From IMG/VR virus record IMGVR_UViG_3300031418_000007: a stretch of DNA of 64,000 bases. One strand, given 5' to 3'. The notes under the pieces are model-generated. The model worked only from the letters and a program-made list of their open reading frames with translations, had not been told where the DNA came from and ran no database searches. Numbering within the stretch: position 1 is the first letter of the stretch; every line of letters starts with the position of its first letter. Shown here one piece after another: positions 1-10,242 of this stretch. A program made the position numbers and the translations under genes. This DNA comes from a virus (lineage: Duplodnaviria; Caudoviricetes).

Positions 1-2
1 CC

Positions 3-1211
3 GATGAAGAGATCTACAAAGGCTTAATAGAGGAAGAAGAAAAACAGTTTAAGCAAGAGAAGATCAACCGCAAGATCGAATCGTTTGAATACGAGATCTT
101 TGACACACCGGGTCAGGTGGTTGAGAACTGCGTAAAACGTTTCCATATGTGGAGTCCCGATCTCGTGGCTTCCTGGAACGCTACTTACGATATGGAGAAG
201 AACGAACAGGGGTTGATTGCAGATAACCTTCCTATGGAACGTATCTACTGTGATCCTGCTATTCCTGATGAGTTCACTCACTATCGTCTGGACCGTGGTC
301 GTACGCACAAGATCAAAGAGAACGGGGATAAGACGCCGCTAGAGCCGCAAGAGAAGTTCCCAACGATTCGCTGTATGGCGAAATGGCAGTGGTTGGACTT
401 CATGAGCTTCTACGCCATCAAGCGTGCACCAAGCGGCAAGTTGGATTCTTACTCGTTGAATGACTGTGCGAAGCGTGAAGGGGTTGATGGTAAGCTTTAC
501 AGTGAAGAGGGTAGTCACCTTATTGAAGGTAAAGCGGACTGGCACCGTTACATGCAGAAGAACCACAAGTTCATCTACTCCATGTACAACATCAAAGATA
601 ACTGGGTCATTGAAGACTTAAACGACAAGACACTGGATCTGTCCATGTCGTTCCCGTTATTGACCAAAGCGTCGGAATACTTTAACTACCCAAGCCAGCC
701 ACGTATTATCTCAGATGCACTTGCTTATATTGCGCGTGACAACGGGTATGTGTGGGGTTGTGCAGGTGGTGGTAAAAGTGAGTTCAACAACATGCTACCA
801 ACGTTGGGTGATTGGATTGCCTTGTTGGAAACCGAGAAGAACGCCAGTAAAGGTTATATTCTGTTTGATGGTTTGTATGACGTCTACAGTAATGGTCGTT
901 CAGCGGTATCGGACGTTGACGTAGCAGGAGCATATCCTTACGCAACGGTAACAGAGAACGTGTCGAACTACACCACACAGATTGAAGTGTGTCGTATCCA
1001 AGGCAAGGATCCGTTGAAGCAGCGTGAGATTGCGGTTAACTACGCCAGCAGTCCAGAAGCCAATGCGGTGATGTTGTGTGAAGAGCTGTTTGGTTTCCCA
1101 AGCTATGATACTGTGGTTGACAAGTTCGAAGAGATCTTGGTTGACAAAGAACTGATGGTGAAGTTCACGCAGTACTTAGAAGAAGAAGATGTAGAAGTAG
1201 AAATCGAATAA
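3..1211 (+). CDS. Family B DNA polymerase, exonuclease plus motif A half (phiKZ gp82-like); 5'-truncated by the window edge
   Basis: Frame is open from position 3. ExoII-like WNATYD, ExoIII-like YNIKD and PolB motif A DVDVAGAYP are present. Motifs B and C lie in the separate gene at 35020-37101. Confidence 0.85.
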   Translation, partial: DEEIYKGLIEEEEKQFKQEKINRKIESFEYEIFDTPGQVVENCVKRFHMWSPDLVASWNATYDMEKNEQGLIADNLPMERIYCDPAIPDEFTHYRLDRGRTHKIKENGDKTPLEPQEKFPTIRCMAKWQWLDFMSFYAIKRAPSGKLDSYSLNDCAKREGVDGKLYSEEGSHLIEGKADWHRYMQKNHKFIYSMYNIKDNWVIEDLNDKTLDLSMSFPLLTKASEYFNYPSQPRIISDALAYIARDNGYVWGCAGGGKSEFNNMLPTLGDWIALLETEKNASKGYILFDGLYDVYSNGRSAVSDVDVAGAYPYATVTENVSNYTTQIEVCRIQGKDPLKQREIAVNYASSPEANAVMLCEELFGFPSYDTVVDKFEEILVDKELMVKFTQYLEEEDVEVEIE

Positions 1212-1226
1212 AAAAGAAAGGCATAC

Positions 1227-1254
1227 TTACCTCTACCCTTGCGGGTAGAGGTAA
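1227..1254. terminator. Bidirectional intrinsic terminator
   Basis: Perfect hairpin ttacctctaccc-TTGC-gggtagaggtaa between convergent genes, with an A-run on the left. Confidence 0.8.
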
Positions 1255-1270
1255 GGTATATGTTTGTTGG

Positions 1271-1837
1271 TTACTGGATTGCGAAGTTAGCCATCTTGCG
1301 GACAAACAGGTTCAGGTTGTCTTTGGCTTCTTTACGCATACCCACGATCATGCTTTCGATATCCGTGCCTTTTGCCAGCTTAACACGCGTAGCCCAGCAA
1401 GAAGCAATACGGATACACCAGCTCAGCAGCATACGGTACTGTGTCAGTGCCGCATGGGAGTATTCGACCTCACAGCCTTCAATCAGGTGGAAGAAGCGAC
1501 CATTAGCGTGGGCTTTAGGGTTGTTACGCAGAGACTGGATCAGATACAGGATACAATCTTCGAACTCCGGGTAGTCATACGACAGCATGGTGCCGGTGCG
1601 CTGCATAAAGGCGATGTTCTCCTTGATGCGTTCTTTGTCGGTCTTGTAACCTTTCTTGCCAGTGGCGTAGACCATGTACTTGTCTACTTCACCGCGCCAG
1701 AAGCTTTCATTGCTGGTCTGCTCTACTTCCTGAGCAATGTCCATGACAACGATAGGTTTCTGTACGGTGTCAACCACAGGCGTTGAGTCACTTTGCAGTT
1801 CATCAATAACCGGTGCGTTGTAAGAGTCGTTCTTCAT
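1271..1837 (-). CDS. Hypothetical protein (188 aa)
   Basis: ATG start with GAGG upstream; ends at the terminator. Confidence 0.75.
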   Translation of the reverse strand: MKNDSYNAPVIDELQSDSTPVVDTVQKPIVVMDIAQEVEQTSNESFWRGEVDKYMVYATGKKGYKTDKERIKENIAFMQRTGTMLSYDYPEFEDCILYLIQSLRNNPKAHANGRFFHLIEGCEVEYSHAALTQYRMLLSWCIRIASCWATRVKLAKGTDIESMIVGMRKEAKDNLNLFVRKMANFAIQ

Positions 1838-1889
1838 ATAAACCTCGATAGGGGGAAACGTGACATAAAATCAACGAGAGCCGAAGCCC

Positions 1890-2309
1890 TCATTGATTGT
1901 TTGCGTTTTGTTCGTGGATATCGTTGAATCCCTGGGCGGCTTGTTCTTTACGTAACGCCTCAGCGCGAGCAGTTTCTGACGCAGCAAACTCTTCAAGCTT
2001 AACGCGCTCTTCATCCCCTATCATCATGCCCTGTAACAACATCTCGGCGTGACCAATAGGAAGATTCAGGTAAAGCTCCAGTGGCATGTGTTCTTTGATC
2101 TTTTTGATTTGATACTGTCGACCGATGGATTGAATCGACAGATCGTGATCATACAAATGCTCTTCGGGAGAAAAGGCAATAGATCTAAAAGCATTGGCCT
2201 TCTCGAGATCGATGTATCCCATACGCACCTGATACATCAGCCGCATGTTAAAGATCATCTTATCCCGAGAAACGTGGCGAGTACTCTTGCCCACCACGTT
2301 ACGGACCAT
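1890..2309 (-). CDS. Hypothetical protein (139 aa; start uncertain)
   Basis: Fills the gap in a minus-strand operon; protein-like composition. Confidence 0.65.
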   Translation of the reverse strand: MVRNVVGKSTRHVSRDKMIFNMRLMYQVRMGYIDLEKANAFRSIAFSPEEHLYDHDLSIQSIGRQYQIKKIKEHMPLELYLNLPIGHAEMLLQGMMIGDEERVKLEEFAASETARAEALRKEQAAQGFNDIHEQNANNQ

Positions 2310-2329
2310 TGCTCTATATTGATCGTTCT

Positions 2330-4048
2330 CTATCGAGAAATAGCCGAGAGGGCTTCTTGCCTTGCATTCTCGCCAACCTTCGACCGTCCAGTATACGTCA
2401 GGCTGGCCAGGGTAAAAAACGTCGACATGATGTTGATTGGGGTGTAGCCCAGATCATTAAACGCGTCAGACTCACCAGCACAGCTTTCGCACGCATAGTT
2501 AGCCAGACCCACAAAGGTTTTGCTCATGAACGGATAGTGCTGAATAACCGAGGACACCAGGTTCTTCGCCATCTCATCGTTTTCCATGATGATGTTCACA
2601 ATACCCTGGTTAAACTGAGCAGGATCTTGTTCACGGCGACGAATGATCATCGGTTCGCCATCAGTACCCGGTTCAGGCATGACGCGGTATTCGGCGATGT
2701 AGTGCAGGTAATCGGTACCGACCAGGCCGTTGAGGAACTCTTCACGATCCTGAAGGTACTGCTCTTCGGTCATGGACTCTTCGCGGATTTTGTCCAGCTG
2801 CTTACGCACCAGCTCAGAGAAGAACTGTTCAGCTTCAAAACTTTCGGTCAGAGACGGCACACCCAGGATAAAGCAGGCGCTGCGGTTTTCGTTCCACACC
2901 GGTTCGATTTCGTGTTTGAAGTCAGTGTCAGCAATAAACTGCAAAGACTCTTCACGCGAATACTTGCGGGAGAAGTTCATCATGTTGGCGTAAGCCGCTG
3001 ATTCTTCTGCCGTGTCCAACCATTTACGGTCAATGGTCAGCAGGCTTGGATCGATGATGTCAGCACGTGACCAGTTACAGCTTTTGTCAGCCAGACACTT
3101 CATGTGGAAGTTCACGCCGTTAGGGTAGAACAGTTCCAGCAGAGAACAGGCCATGACGTTGATATCGGTGATGCGGATCACGTCAGCCAGCTCATCAAAG
3201 TCAGAGGTGTCTTTGACGCTGCACAACATCATCTTGTCACGGATAAACTGCCACACCACGCGAATAGCCGCGATGTTGCTTAATGCCGGCAGGTTCTGCG
3301 ACACCGTACGAACGTGACCACGCACAACACGCGCAATGTTGTCAATCAACTCACCGGCTTCTAAACGGTTAGGTTTAGCATAGCGGATAGCGATAAACGA
3401 GTTACGCAAAAGCAGATCGTAGTTGTACGGATCTTTACTGACGCTCAGTGATGAGCGACGCATGTATTCGCTTAACGAGAACGTTCCGCGATTACGACCT
3501 GGGACCAAACCGTTTAAGTCACCGGTTGCGATTTCACTGGTACGCTGCATGACGTTGGTCAGACCAGGCTCACGCACTACCGGGTACTGCATCATCAGAG
3601 GATCTGCCAGGTTGGAGATAAAGGCATAGATAGTGCGCTGACGATCGTTGGCTTCTTTCAAGCCGAGGTCCGGCATGTTTTCCGCGACGTACTCTTCCCA
3701 GGCGGTGATCTGTGCCTGGACCTGACTCATGCTGATGCCTTCTTTATCACGCTGTTTGTCGGTCATGCGGGCAAACTGCTGTGCGGCAACATAGTTCTGC
3801 CACATTTCCTGCTCTTGACTTACACGAGCATAGGACTCTTTGTTCAAACCAATGAACCCGTTGAGATAGGTCAGGCTTTTATCATTGATGTCGAACTGAC
3901 CCTGAACCTGAGAGCGCGGCGGCAACGCGTCGTGTGCGACGGTATTTTCAGCGGTCTGTACGGTTTGATGAGTGACCACGGTTTTCTTAACCGGGACAGG
4001 CTGTTGGGTTTCCATTGCAGCCATCTGCTGTTCTAAGTTGTCAGACAT
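2330..4048 (-). CDS. Large hypothetical protein (572 aa), probably jumbo-phage core or virion
   Basis: Long ORF with typical codon usage; start overlaps the upstream stop. Confidence 0.75.
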   Translation of the reverse strand: MSDNLEQQMAAMETQQPVPVKKTVVTHQTVQTAENTVAHDALPPRSQVQGQFDINDKSLTYLNGFIGLNKESYARVSQEQEMWQNYVAAQQFARMTDKQRDKEGISMSQVQAQITAWEEYVAENMPDLGLKEANDRQRTIYAFISNLADPLMMQYPVVREPGLTNVMQRTSEIATGDLNGLVPGRNRGTFSLSEYMRRSSLSVSKDPYNYDLLLRNSFIAIRYAKPNRLEAGELIDNIARVVRGHVRTVSQNLPALSNIAAIRVVWQFIRDKMMLCSVKDTSDFDELADVIRITDINVMACSLLELFYPNGVNFHMKCLADKSCNWSRADIIDPSLLTIDRKWLDTAEESAAYANMMNFSRKYSREESLQFIADTDFKHEIEPVWNENRSACFILGVPSLTESFEAEQFFSELVRKQLDKIREESMTEEQYLQDREEFLNGLVGTDYLHYIAEYRVMPEPGTDGEPMIIRRREQDPAQFNQGIVNIIMENDEMAKNLVSSVIQHYPFMSKTFVGLANYACESCAGESDAFNDLGYTPINIMSTFFTLASLTYTGRSKVGENARQEALSAISR

Positions 4049-4755
4049 TATACTTCCTCGCGATTGTCGAGAGTATGATTGATATCACTGGCTTCGTGTT
4101 CGCAGGTGACTTCTTCGGCTACCGCAACAGTCGGCGTTGAATACTTCGGCGTGATACGCGCCAGACGGGTCATGGCTACGTTGAACATAACCTGACGGTA
4201 GTTGTGGTTCGGGTAATGCTCTTTCTGATAGGTATCAACCATTTCAGTATACGGCGTTGCCGCGGCCATGATAGCTGGACAGATCTGGGTAACCAGTGCA
4301 TCGGAACCAAAGCCGGCGTCCATCAGCAGTTCAGAGGGCAGCGTGCGCAGGTCTTTCTCGCCTTGCAGCACCATGTTAATGACTTCGGCGTTTTCGTTGA
4401 AGCGAACAACACCGGCGTCGAAGGTATCAATCAGCTCACGCAGCTCAGCAGAGATTTCGAGTTTGTGTTCGCGTTCCAGGATCTCAAGGGTTTCCACCAC
4501 TGACCCTACACCGGCGTTGACTTCGATGGTGTGGTTGATCATCGCCATCACCTGATCGATAGTGAGTTCACGACCGTTAATCACCTGACCACGTGCCAGC
4601 AGGTTTGCTACAGTGCCGTTGGTGTAACGTTCTAAACGCTCGCGACGCACACGGTCAGCACCTGATTCACGTTTCGGTGAAGAGCCCTTGGTGGCACGCT
4701 GACTGCGTTTCTTTAAATGTTTGGCCTGCATTTTGCTGCTTAATTTCTTGGTCAT
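4048..4755 (-). CDS. Hypothetical protein with a basic N-terminus (about 235 aa from MTKKLSSK)
   Basis: ORF track gives 4048..4812; the ATG at 4755 has AGAG upstream and avoids overlap with the divergent gene. Confidence 0.7.
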   Translation of the reverse strand: MTKKLSSKMQAKHLKKRSQRATKGSSPKRESGADRVRRERLERYTNGTVANLLARGQVINGRELTIDQVMAMINHTIEVNAGVGSVVETLEILEREHKLEISAELRELIDTFDAGVVRFNENAEVINMVLQGEKDLRTLPSELLMDAGFGSDALVTQICPAIMAAATPYTEMVDTYQKEHYPNHNYRQVMFNVAMTRLARITPKYSTPTVAVAEEVTCEHEASDINHTLDNREEV

Positions 4756-4789
4756 GTTATGACTCTCTTTAAATAAAAAGGTTAACTGT

Positions 4790-5698
4790 ATGACAGTGGT
4801 GAACAATACCATTCTGGTAAACAGAGAATTGGTTATCGATCATTGCGGTAATGTTTGGAACGAGTTCATGGAAACTATTCCCGACCCGCACGTGGTACTC
4901 TTTGAAAAAGGACTCGCTATTATCTTCCGTGCGTTTCCTGAATCTTTAGTCAGCACCCAAATCGTGGAACTGGTGGTTGACGAGCAGCTTGACGCGAATA
5001 TGCGCAGTATGGCGTTACGTAAAATTATTTACGACAACATAAGGGACATCATCAATAAGATGGGCGTGTCGTTAAATAATGATTATTTAGAAGTTGATCA
5101 TCTGGATCTGTTGTGTGATATCGCTGACTTCTTTTTCGTCGTTACATTAATAGAAGACAGTCTCCACACGATCTACCCTCAACTGATGGCCACTGAGCTT
5201 CACCCTAAGTATCGCTTCATTAATGCCTTTGGCAAAGCCATGTGTGACGAGGAAGAACCTGATCTTTCGGAACTGGAATGTATCTTGGATGATGTCAGTG
5301 AAGTGACTCTTAAGGAGATCTGTGATTCTCTGACGGGTGTAGAGAACCATGACGTCCCACCAGAGAACGTCATCAAGCGTGTAGTGGGTGCCAAAGCCAC
5401 AATGGATGGTTCATTGGGTTACCAGCACGTACGCAACGGTGGGGGACTGGGATCGCCTGTAGACAGCTACCTAAACTTCTTCTCGCCTGAGTTAGGCAAG
5501 CTGTTAGCCGAGAACACCCTCGATAGTTATATCGAGTACGGTCGCAACGTGATCTCTCTTCACCTTATCAGTGAAATCAATGATGACAAAATCAAAGAAA
5601 CACTGCTGCGTTATTTTGAAGGGCGTTTGGATGACCTCACAGCGTTGATTCGTATTGAGTCCATGATCAAGGGTCTTAACTTACCCAACGGGAGCTAA
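4790..5698 (+). CDS. Hypothetical protein (302 aa), probably virion-associated core gene
   Basis: Long ORF directly upstream of the virion RNAP subunit gene. Confidence 0.7.
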   Translation: MTVVNNTILVNRELVIDHCGNVWNEFMETIPDPHVVLFEKGLAIIFRAFPESLVSTQIVELVVDEQLDANMRSMALRKIIYDNIRDIINKMGVSLNNDYLEVDHLDLLCDIADFFFVVTLIEDSLHTIYPQLMATELHPKYRFINAFGKAMCDEEEPDLSELECILDDVSEVTLKEICDSLTGVENHDVPPENVIKRVVGAKATMDGSLGYQHVRNGGGLGSPVDSYLNFFSPELGKLLAENTLDSYIEYGRNVISLHLISEINDDKIKETLLRYFEGRLDDLTALIRIESMIKGLNLPNGS

Positions 5699-5700
5699 GC

Positions 5701-6999
5701 GTGAATAAGTTTGATTTCTTACGGGAAGCCTTTGCTCACCGTGCCTATAAACGAAAAGAGTGGCTGCTGTCTGTTTGCACCATTGGTTTCGACGACCCTG
5801 AATCCCGCGCTATTCTCTCCCCCTGGCCCTATGCCGTGTGGATCGAAGGTGATGCTTTTAAGTTCCATGACCACACGGGTGCTGTGCAAACGCTGGAAGG
5901 TGATGTCAACGAGCCGGTGTTCCACATGGCTGACTCCATTGACCTTGATGCGGGCTTTCACCCTGCTTTACAGGGACAGGCTTACAAATCAACGTTTGGT
6001 ATCTTCCTGTTCAACGTTGTGATGTTCTGGGAAGCTGTGGGTAGCGTTATTCCCTACCAGAACCGTGAGCTGACGCCAGGGCTGATTCGTGACTGGATCA
6101 GTGACATCATGGTGGATGATCCACCTGAAGGTGAAAATGTGCCGGAAGGTAAAGCGCCGGTGAGTGCTGTACTGAAGATCTCCAAGAATGCCAACTTCCT
6201 GGAAGGCATTCTCTACGCGATCGTGAAGTGTGGCTCTAAGGATTCACTTACCGTTTCCAAAGAGGTTATTGATCTCAAGAACAAGCTGCTGAAAGAACAC
6301 AAAGATCAGTTAGCTGATCCCCTGGTATTCAACGACATCGTAGAACAATGTGTTAACCTGGACTACGAGATCCAGATGAAAGGGGAGTCCGCTACTTTCT
6401 ATATAGACAAAAGCTACGTCAGCAACTGTCGTAAGCGTATGTTTATCATGTTTGGTATCGAGTTCAACTCTGAAACCAACACGTGGGTGCCGTTAGTTGA
6501 TCCATTGACCAAAGGCTGGGATCCTCGCCACATGGTTGATTACATCAACACCGCGATCGAAGGCGCATACAACCGCGGTAAGGCAACAGGGGAAGGTGGT
6601 GCAAGGGTTAAGGATATCCTGCGTATCATGGGTTCTAAGCGCGTCTCTGATGAAAACTGTGGCAGTAAGCAGGGTGAGGACGTCATGCTCTATGCTGTCA
6701 ACAAGAAGCTGTGGGTGGGTTGCTTCATTATCGTTAATAGTAAGGACGTTCAGTTAACTAACGATAACTGGAAACAGTATGAAAACAAGATCGTTACCAT
6801 GCGCACCATGCAGTTCTGTTTAACCAAAGAAGGTGACTACTGTAAGGTTTGTGCGGGTAAAGGCTTGGGCGCTACCGCCACGCGTCTCCCGTCTGCTATT
6901 TCCAAGACCGCTACCGTGTTCATGTTGTTGCGTATGAAGGCTTCCCATATCTCGGGTACAAGCAACAGCGCAGTAGCGTGGAAGCAAGCATTCCGTTAA
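5701..6999 (+). CDS. Virion RNA polymerase beta' subunit, C-terminal part (phiKZ gp80-like)
   Basis: beta'-type Zn-site cysteines (NCGS...QFCL...YCKVCAG), bridge-helix-like AIEGAYNRGKATGEGG and trigger-loop-like FMLLRMKASH. Confidence 0.75.
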   Translation: MNKFDFLREAFAHRAYKRKEWLLSVCTIGFDDPESRAILSPWPYAVWIEGDAFKFHDHTGAVQTLEGDVNEPVFHMADSIDLDAGFHPALQGQAYKSTFGIFLFNVVMFWEAVGSVIPYQNRELTPGLIRDWISDIMVDDPPEGENVPEGKAPVSAVLKISKNANFLEGILYAIVKCGSKDSLTVSKEVIDLKNKLLKEHKDQLADPLVFNDIVEQCVNLDYEIQMKGESATFYIDKSYVSNCRKRMFIMFGIEFNSETNTWVPLVDPLTKGWDPRHMVDYINTAIEGAYNRGKATGEGGARVKDILRIMGSKRVSDENCGSKQGEDVMLYAVNKKLWVGCFIIVNSKDVQLTNDNWKQYENKIVTMRTMQFCLTKEGDYCKVCAGKGLGATATRLPSAISKTATVFMLLRMKASHISGTSNSAVAWKQAFR

Positions 7000-7016
7000 C
7001 AAAAAAAAAAGAAATA

Positions 7017-7048
7017 TATAACCTCTACCCGCAAGGGTAGAGGTTATA
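7017..7048. terminator. Bidirectional intrinsic terminator (same family as 1227)
   Basis: tataacctctaccc-GCAA-gggtagaggttata with an A-run on the left. Confidence 0.85.
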
Positions 7049-7060
7049 GTTGTAGGATAA

Positions 7061-8446
7061 TTAGAACACTGTGGTTTGCGTTAAGATCAGGGTCTGCAAG
7101 TTAGCCGCTTCCAAGTCATCAGCAACGCGCTGGAACTCGTAGCCGTAAACCGCAATCCCTTTCTTCTTAGCCGCCTTGTTCACTAACTTGACGTCCCAGC
7201 CAAGCGCCTCGATATCCTGATCAGTACAGAGGAGGATAAGGTGTCCATCCACCACCCGCTTTCCCAGAATGAAATTCACCACAGGCGCCTCCTCAGGGAA
7301 AGTCTGCGTTCCCTGAAGATCAATCGCTACACGCACCTGTTGAAGCTCTTCTTCATCCACACGACGGAAAGTATAACCTTTATGGACATCCTTTTCACCG
7401 TTACAGCATTTCAACACCGTGCCGTAGTCGAGCCCCAGATGTTCGGTTTCCAGTGGATCGCCGTCAATGAGGATCATGTGTCCGTCAGCCACACGTGTAC
7501 CCAGGATGTTCAAACAATGTCCCGCGGCGTATTCCCGCAGTAGGGTACGAAGCTTAGCCGGCACACGGAAGGCACCATACTGAGCGATCTCGTCATTGGT
7601 AGCGTAACTCCACCGACAGCCATACGCAGTGAGGTTAAGGTTAGCGGCATGTTCTACTGCACGTGACAAACCAGGTCCCAGGAGATCATCCAGTTCCTTC
7701 GCTGTAGACCGAATCAGCTTAACGCCGAAGTAATCGCCCGGGATCATTACCTCAAGCAACACCGGCTTGATGTGGTATTGTTCTGGGTGACCGCCTTCGT
7801 TGCTTTTGACACTGTTAATAGAAAGCAGTGCCGAGGTTTTGCTTTCGCTCAGGGAGAGCTGGGTTTCTTCACGCACAGTTGGATTAACAGCGTCAGGAAC
7901 ATCCACCACGGTCTGATCGTTCTGATTACCCGCGAACCATTCCAGGTTACGGAAATCGTTATCGCCTTTACGATCATTTTTGTGTTTGACTTCCAGCGCG
8001 TAATAGCCATACGCCTTGAGGTCATTCGGCAACGGCACAAAGCTGGTTGCCACTGCACGGTTAACCGAGAAGTTCACGGTGCCGTCAGTGAGCTGGACCA
8101 CGCTCTGCTGATATTCCTCTTCGTCGTTGTTGACGTCAAGCTGCGGGGTTTTACGCAGATGATAGAGGTTACCCTTGTTGCTGATAAAGGCATACTTGGT
8201 GTAGAACTCCTTGACACCGGTTACAGTATTAAGCAGCAGGTACTTGAAGTAACGTACCGGAACCCACACTTCGTAGTCCGGGTCAGTTTCTAATTTAGCC
8301 AGCAGGGCGTCGTAGACGATCTGGACATTATCAGGAAAGTCGAGTTCGTGATAACGCTGCAAATCTTCCGCTGTGAGTAAATCAGAAAGCTGGTTATGGT
8401 TCTTAATGAATTTCTTAAATTCACTGTTATATTTTTTCGCATCCAT
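7061..8446 (-). CDS. HNH_3-type endonuclease-like protein with C-terminal NUMOD1/IENR1-like repeats (about 461 aa)
   Basis: VNRAVATSF...VKHKNDRKGDNDFRNLEW motif; repeats end in CCNGEKDVHKGYTF and KKKGIAVYGYEF. Start reassigned to the ATG after AGGAG. Confidence 0.75.
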   Translation of the reverse strand: MDAKKYNSEFKKFIKNHNQLSDLLTAEDLQRYHELDFPDNVQIVYDALLAKLETDPDYEVWVPVRYFKYLLLNTVTGVKEFYTKYAFISNKGNLYHLRKTPQLDVNNDEEEYQQSVVQLTDGTVNFSVNRAVATSFVPLPNDLKAYGYYALEVKHKNDRKGDNDFRNLEWFAGNQNDQTVVDVPDAVNPTVREETQLSLSESKTSALLSINSVKSNEGGHPEQYHIKPVLLEVMIPGDYFGVKLIRSTAKELDDLLGPGLSRAVEHAANLNLTAYGCRWSYATNDEIAQYGAFRVPAKLRTLLREYAAGHCLNILGTRVADGHMILIDGDPLETEHLGLDYGTVLKCCNGEKDVHKGYTFRRVDEEELQQVRVAIDLQGTQTFPEEAPVVNFILGKRVVDGHLILLCTDQDIEALGWDVKLVNKAAKKKGIAVYGYEFQRVADDLEAANLQTLILTQTTVF

Positions 8447-8525
8447 TATCATGACTCCTGGGTTGATAAACTGGGAAAGGTATCCCTGCTCCCCAGCGGG
8501 AGCAGGGAACACTTATCATCAGAAA

Positions 8526-9404
8526 CTACACGCGGATGGCGCCGGCAGAACGACCGGTGTTGACATCGCGATAAGATCTGAGCATTCTAACCAGCGAAGT
8601 AGGAATGACAGAAGCACCATAGACAATAACGTCAGAATCGGAGGCAGGCGTCCAGCGAACACCGTTTACTTCTTTCACCTTATTACGCAGGACTTCATCT
8701 ACGTCAACCAGGCCAGATGTTCCCAGCAGGTCTGTGATCTCACGATCGCCAGAGCGGATAAAACGTACACCGAAGTGTTCGCCGGGAACGATGACTTCAC
8801 CCATAATCGGACGGATGCCGTAATGGTCATGATGAATGGCAGATTGGACAACAGGAGATGGTAAGTCGGTTTCCTCTACAACCTTGGAATCCCACGCCAG
8901 GTTCAGGAAGTCGTTGTGGGCTTTATCAGTGTCTTTGTGCTTGACCTGAGCGTAGCCGTGACCAACGTGTTTAAACTTCTCTGGCAATGGAACGAAGCTG
9001 CAAGCAACTGCGCGGTGCAAGGAGAAGCGAACGGGACCATCGATTAAACGCACCAGTGAACTTTGGTGACCACTCTGTGTGGTATGGCCTTGCGGCGCCT
9101 TGGTTTTCTTACGGATGTGGTGGATATTGCCTTTGTTGCTAATGAAAGCGTACTTCGTATAGAAGGTCGAAACGCCTTTGGCCGTGTCCAGTACTAAATA
9201 TTTGTAGTAATGAATCGGTACCCATACTTCATACTCAGGATCCAGTGCTAATTTTTTCTTCAGCGCGGTATTCAGGATGGATACGTTGTCAGGATAACTC
9301 AATATCTGGTAACGAGCGTATTCAACCGGAGACAGCAGGTCACTCACTTGGTTGTGGGTTGACTGGAATTCTTTCAAAGCAGATTCATAATCTTTGTTAG
9401 GCAT
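8526..9404 (-). CDS. HNH_3-type endonuclease-like protein, paralog of 7061-8446 (292 aa)
   Basis: LHRAVACSF...VKHKDTDKAHNDFLNLAW. Collinear with its neighbour (HNQ.SDLL, YEVWVP, FYTKYAFISNKGN). Confidence 0.75.
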   Translation of the reverse strand: MPNKDYESALKEFQSTHNQVSDLLSPVEYARYQILSYPDNVSILNTALKKKLALDPEYEVWVPIHYYKYLVLDTAKGVSTFYTKYAFISNKGNIHHIRKKTKAPQGHTTQSGHQSSLVRLIDGPVRFSLHRAVACSFVPLPEKFKHVGHGYAQVKHKDTDKAHNDFLNLAWDSKVVEETDLPSPVVQSAIHHDHYGIRPIMGEVIVPGEHFGVRFIRSGDREITDLLGTSGLVDVDEVLRNKVKEVNGVRWTPASDSDVIVYGASVIPTSLVRMLRSYRDVNTGRSAGAIRV

Positions 9405-9858
9405 GGTCGTTGTTTCCTTTAGATGATTTGGATGGGGCTTATTTAAAAACTTCCATTTAAAGAACGATTGTGTGTAACTACCTAATGTAGGAAAAATGCT
9501 TAGCTTCTTAAGTTCTCAACTTACGATTCGCTAATGCTAGCGGATGCCGTACTCTATGTTACAGCTACCCATTATTATAATAATCCCAAAGAGGGTTTTC
9601 ATGCATGTGTCAATCTCCGGTATGCCTGGCTGCATTTCGATCTCAGCTCCGGCGGTTTATTAAAATCAGAATTGCGTGTTGTTATAAGAAAATTACTTCA
9701 CCGTTAAAAAATAATTATTATTTTGAATAGGTTAGAAAAAACCCTTATCACCTAGGTGTGTACCCATCACAAGTAAATGAAACAAAAACAAAGGAAACTA
9801 ACTACTATACCTGCCCAAAGGCAGGTATAGTAGTAGATTAGGTGTTAATAAACGAATT

Positions 9859-10242
9859 TTACCAAACGTAGTAAATACCGTCTTGGTCGCTCTTAACGGT
9901 CATGTCGCTAAACAATGCCAGTGAATGTAGCAGGAATTCGTTTTCAAAGTTGGTGCCGTCGAACGCAACCTGTGGGGTCACTTTAACACGACAACACACT
10001 TCTTCCATGCCGTGACGAGAACTGCGACCCACCCAAATAGTCAGGATGATCTTAGCGCCAGCCGCCATACCTTCAACAACCTGAACTTCTTTGGTTGCCA
10101 AGCAGGTAGGAAAGAAGTACTGCTTCTTAGCACGATGGTACATCTGCATCATCGTGTTCATTACTGTTTCGCTTAAAAAACCAGCTGGAGGTAAATCCTG
10201 TTGTCCGTCATTAAGCGGACTTGAAAGTTCGAGGCTTGACAT
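9859..10242 (-). CDS. Hypothetical protein (true start probably downstream)
   Basis: Last gene of a small-gene operon, followed by the hairpin at about 9801-9834. Confidence 0.55.
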   Translation of the reverse strand: MSSLELSSPLNDGQQDLPPAGFLSETVMNTMMQMYHRAKKQYFFPTCLATKEVQVVEGMAAGAKIILTIWVGRSSRHGMEEVCCRVKVTPQVAFDGTNFENEFLLHSLALFSDMTVKSDQDGIYYVW

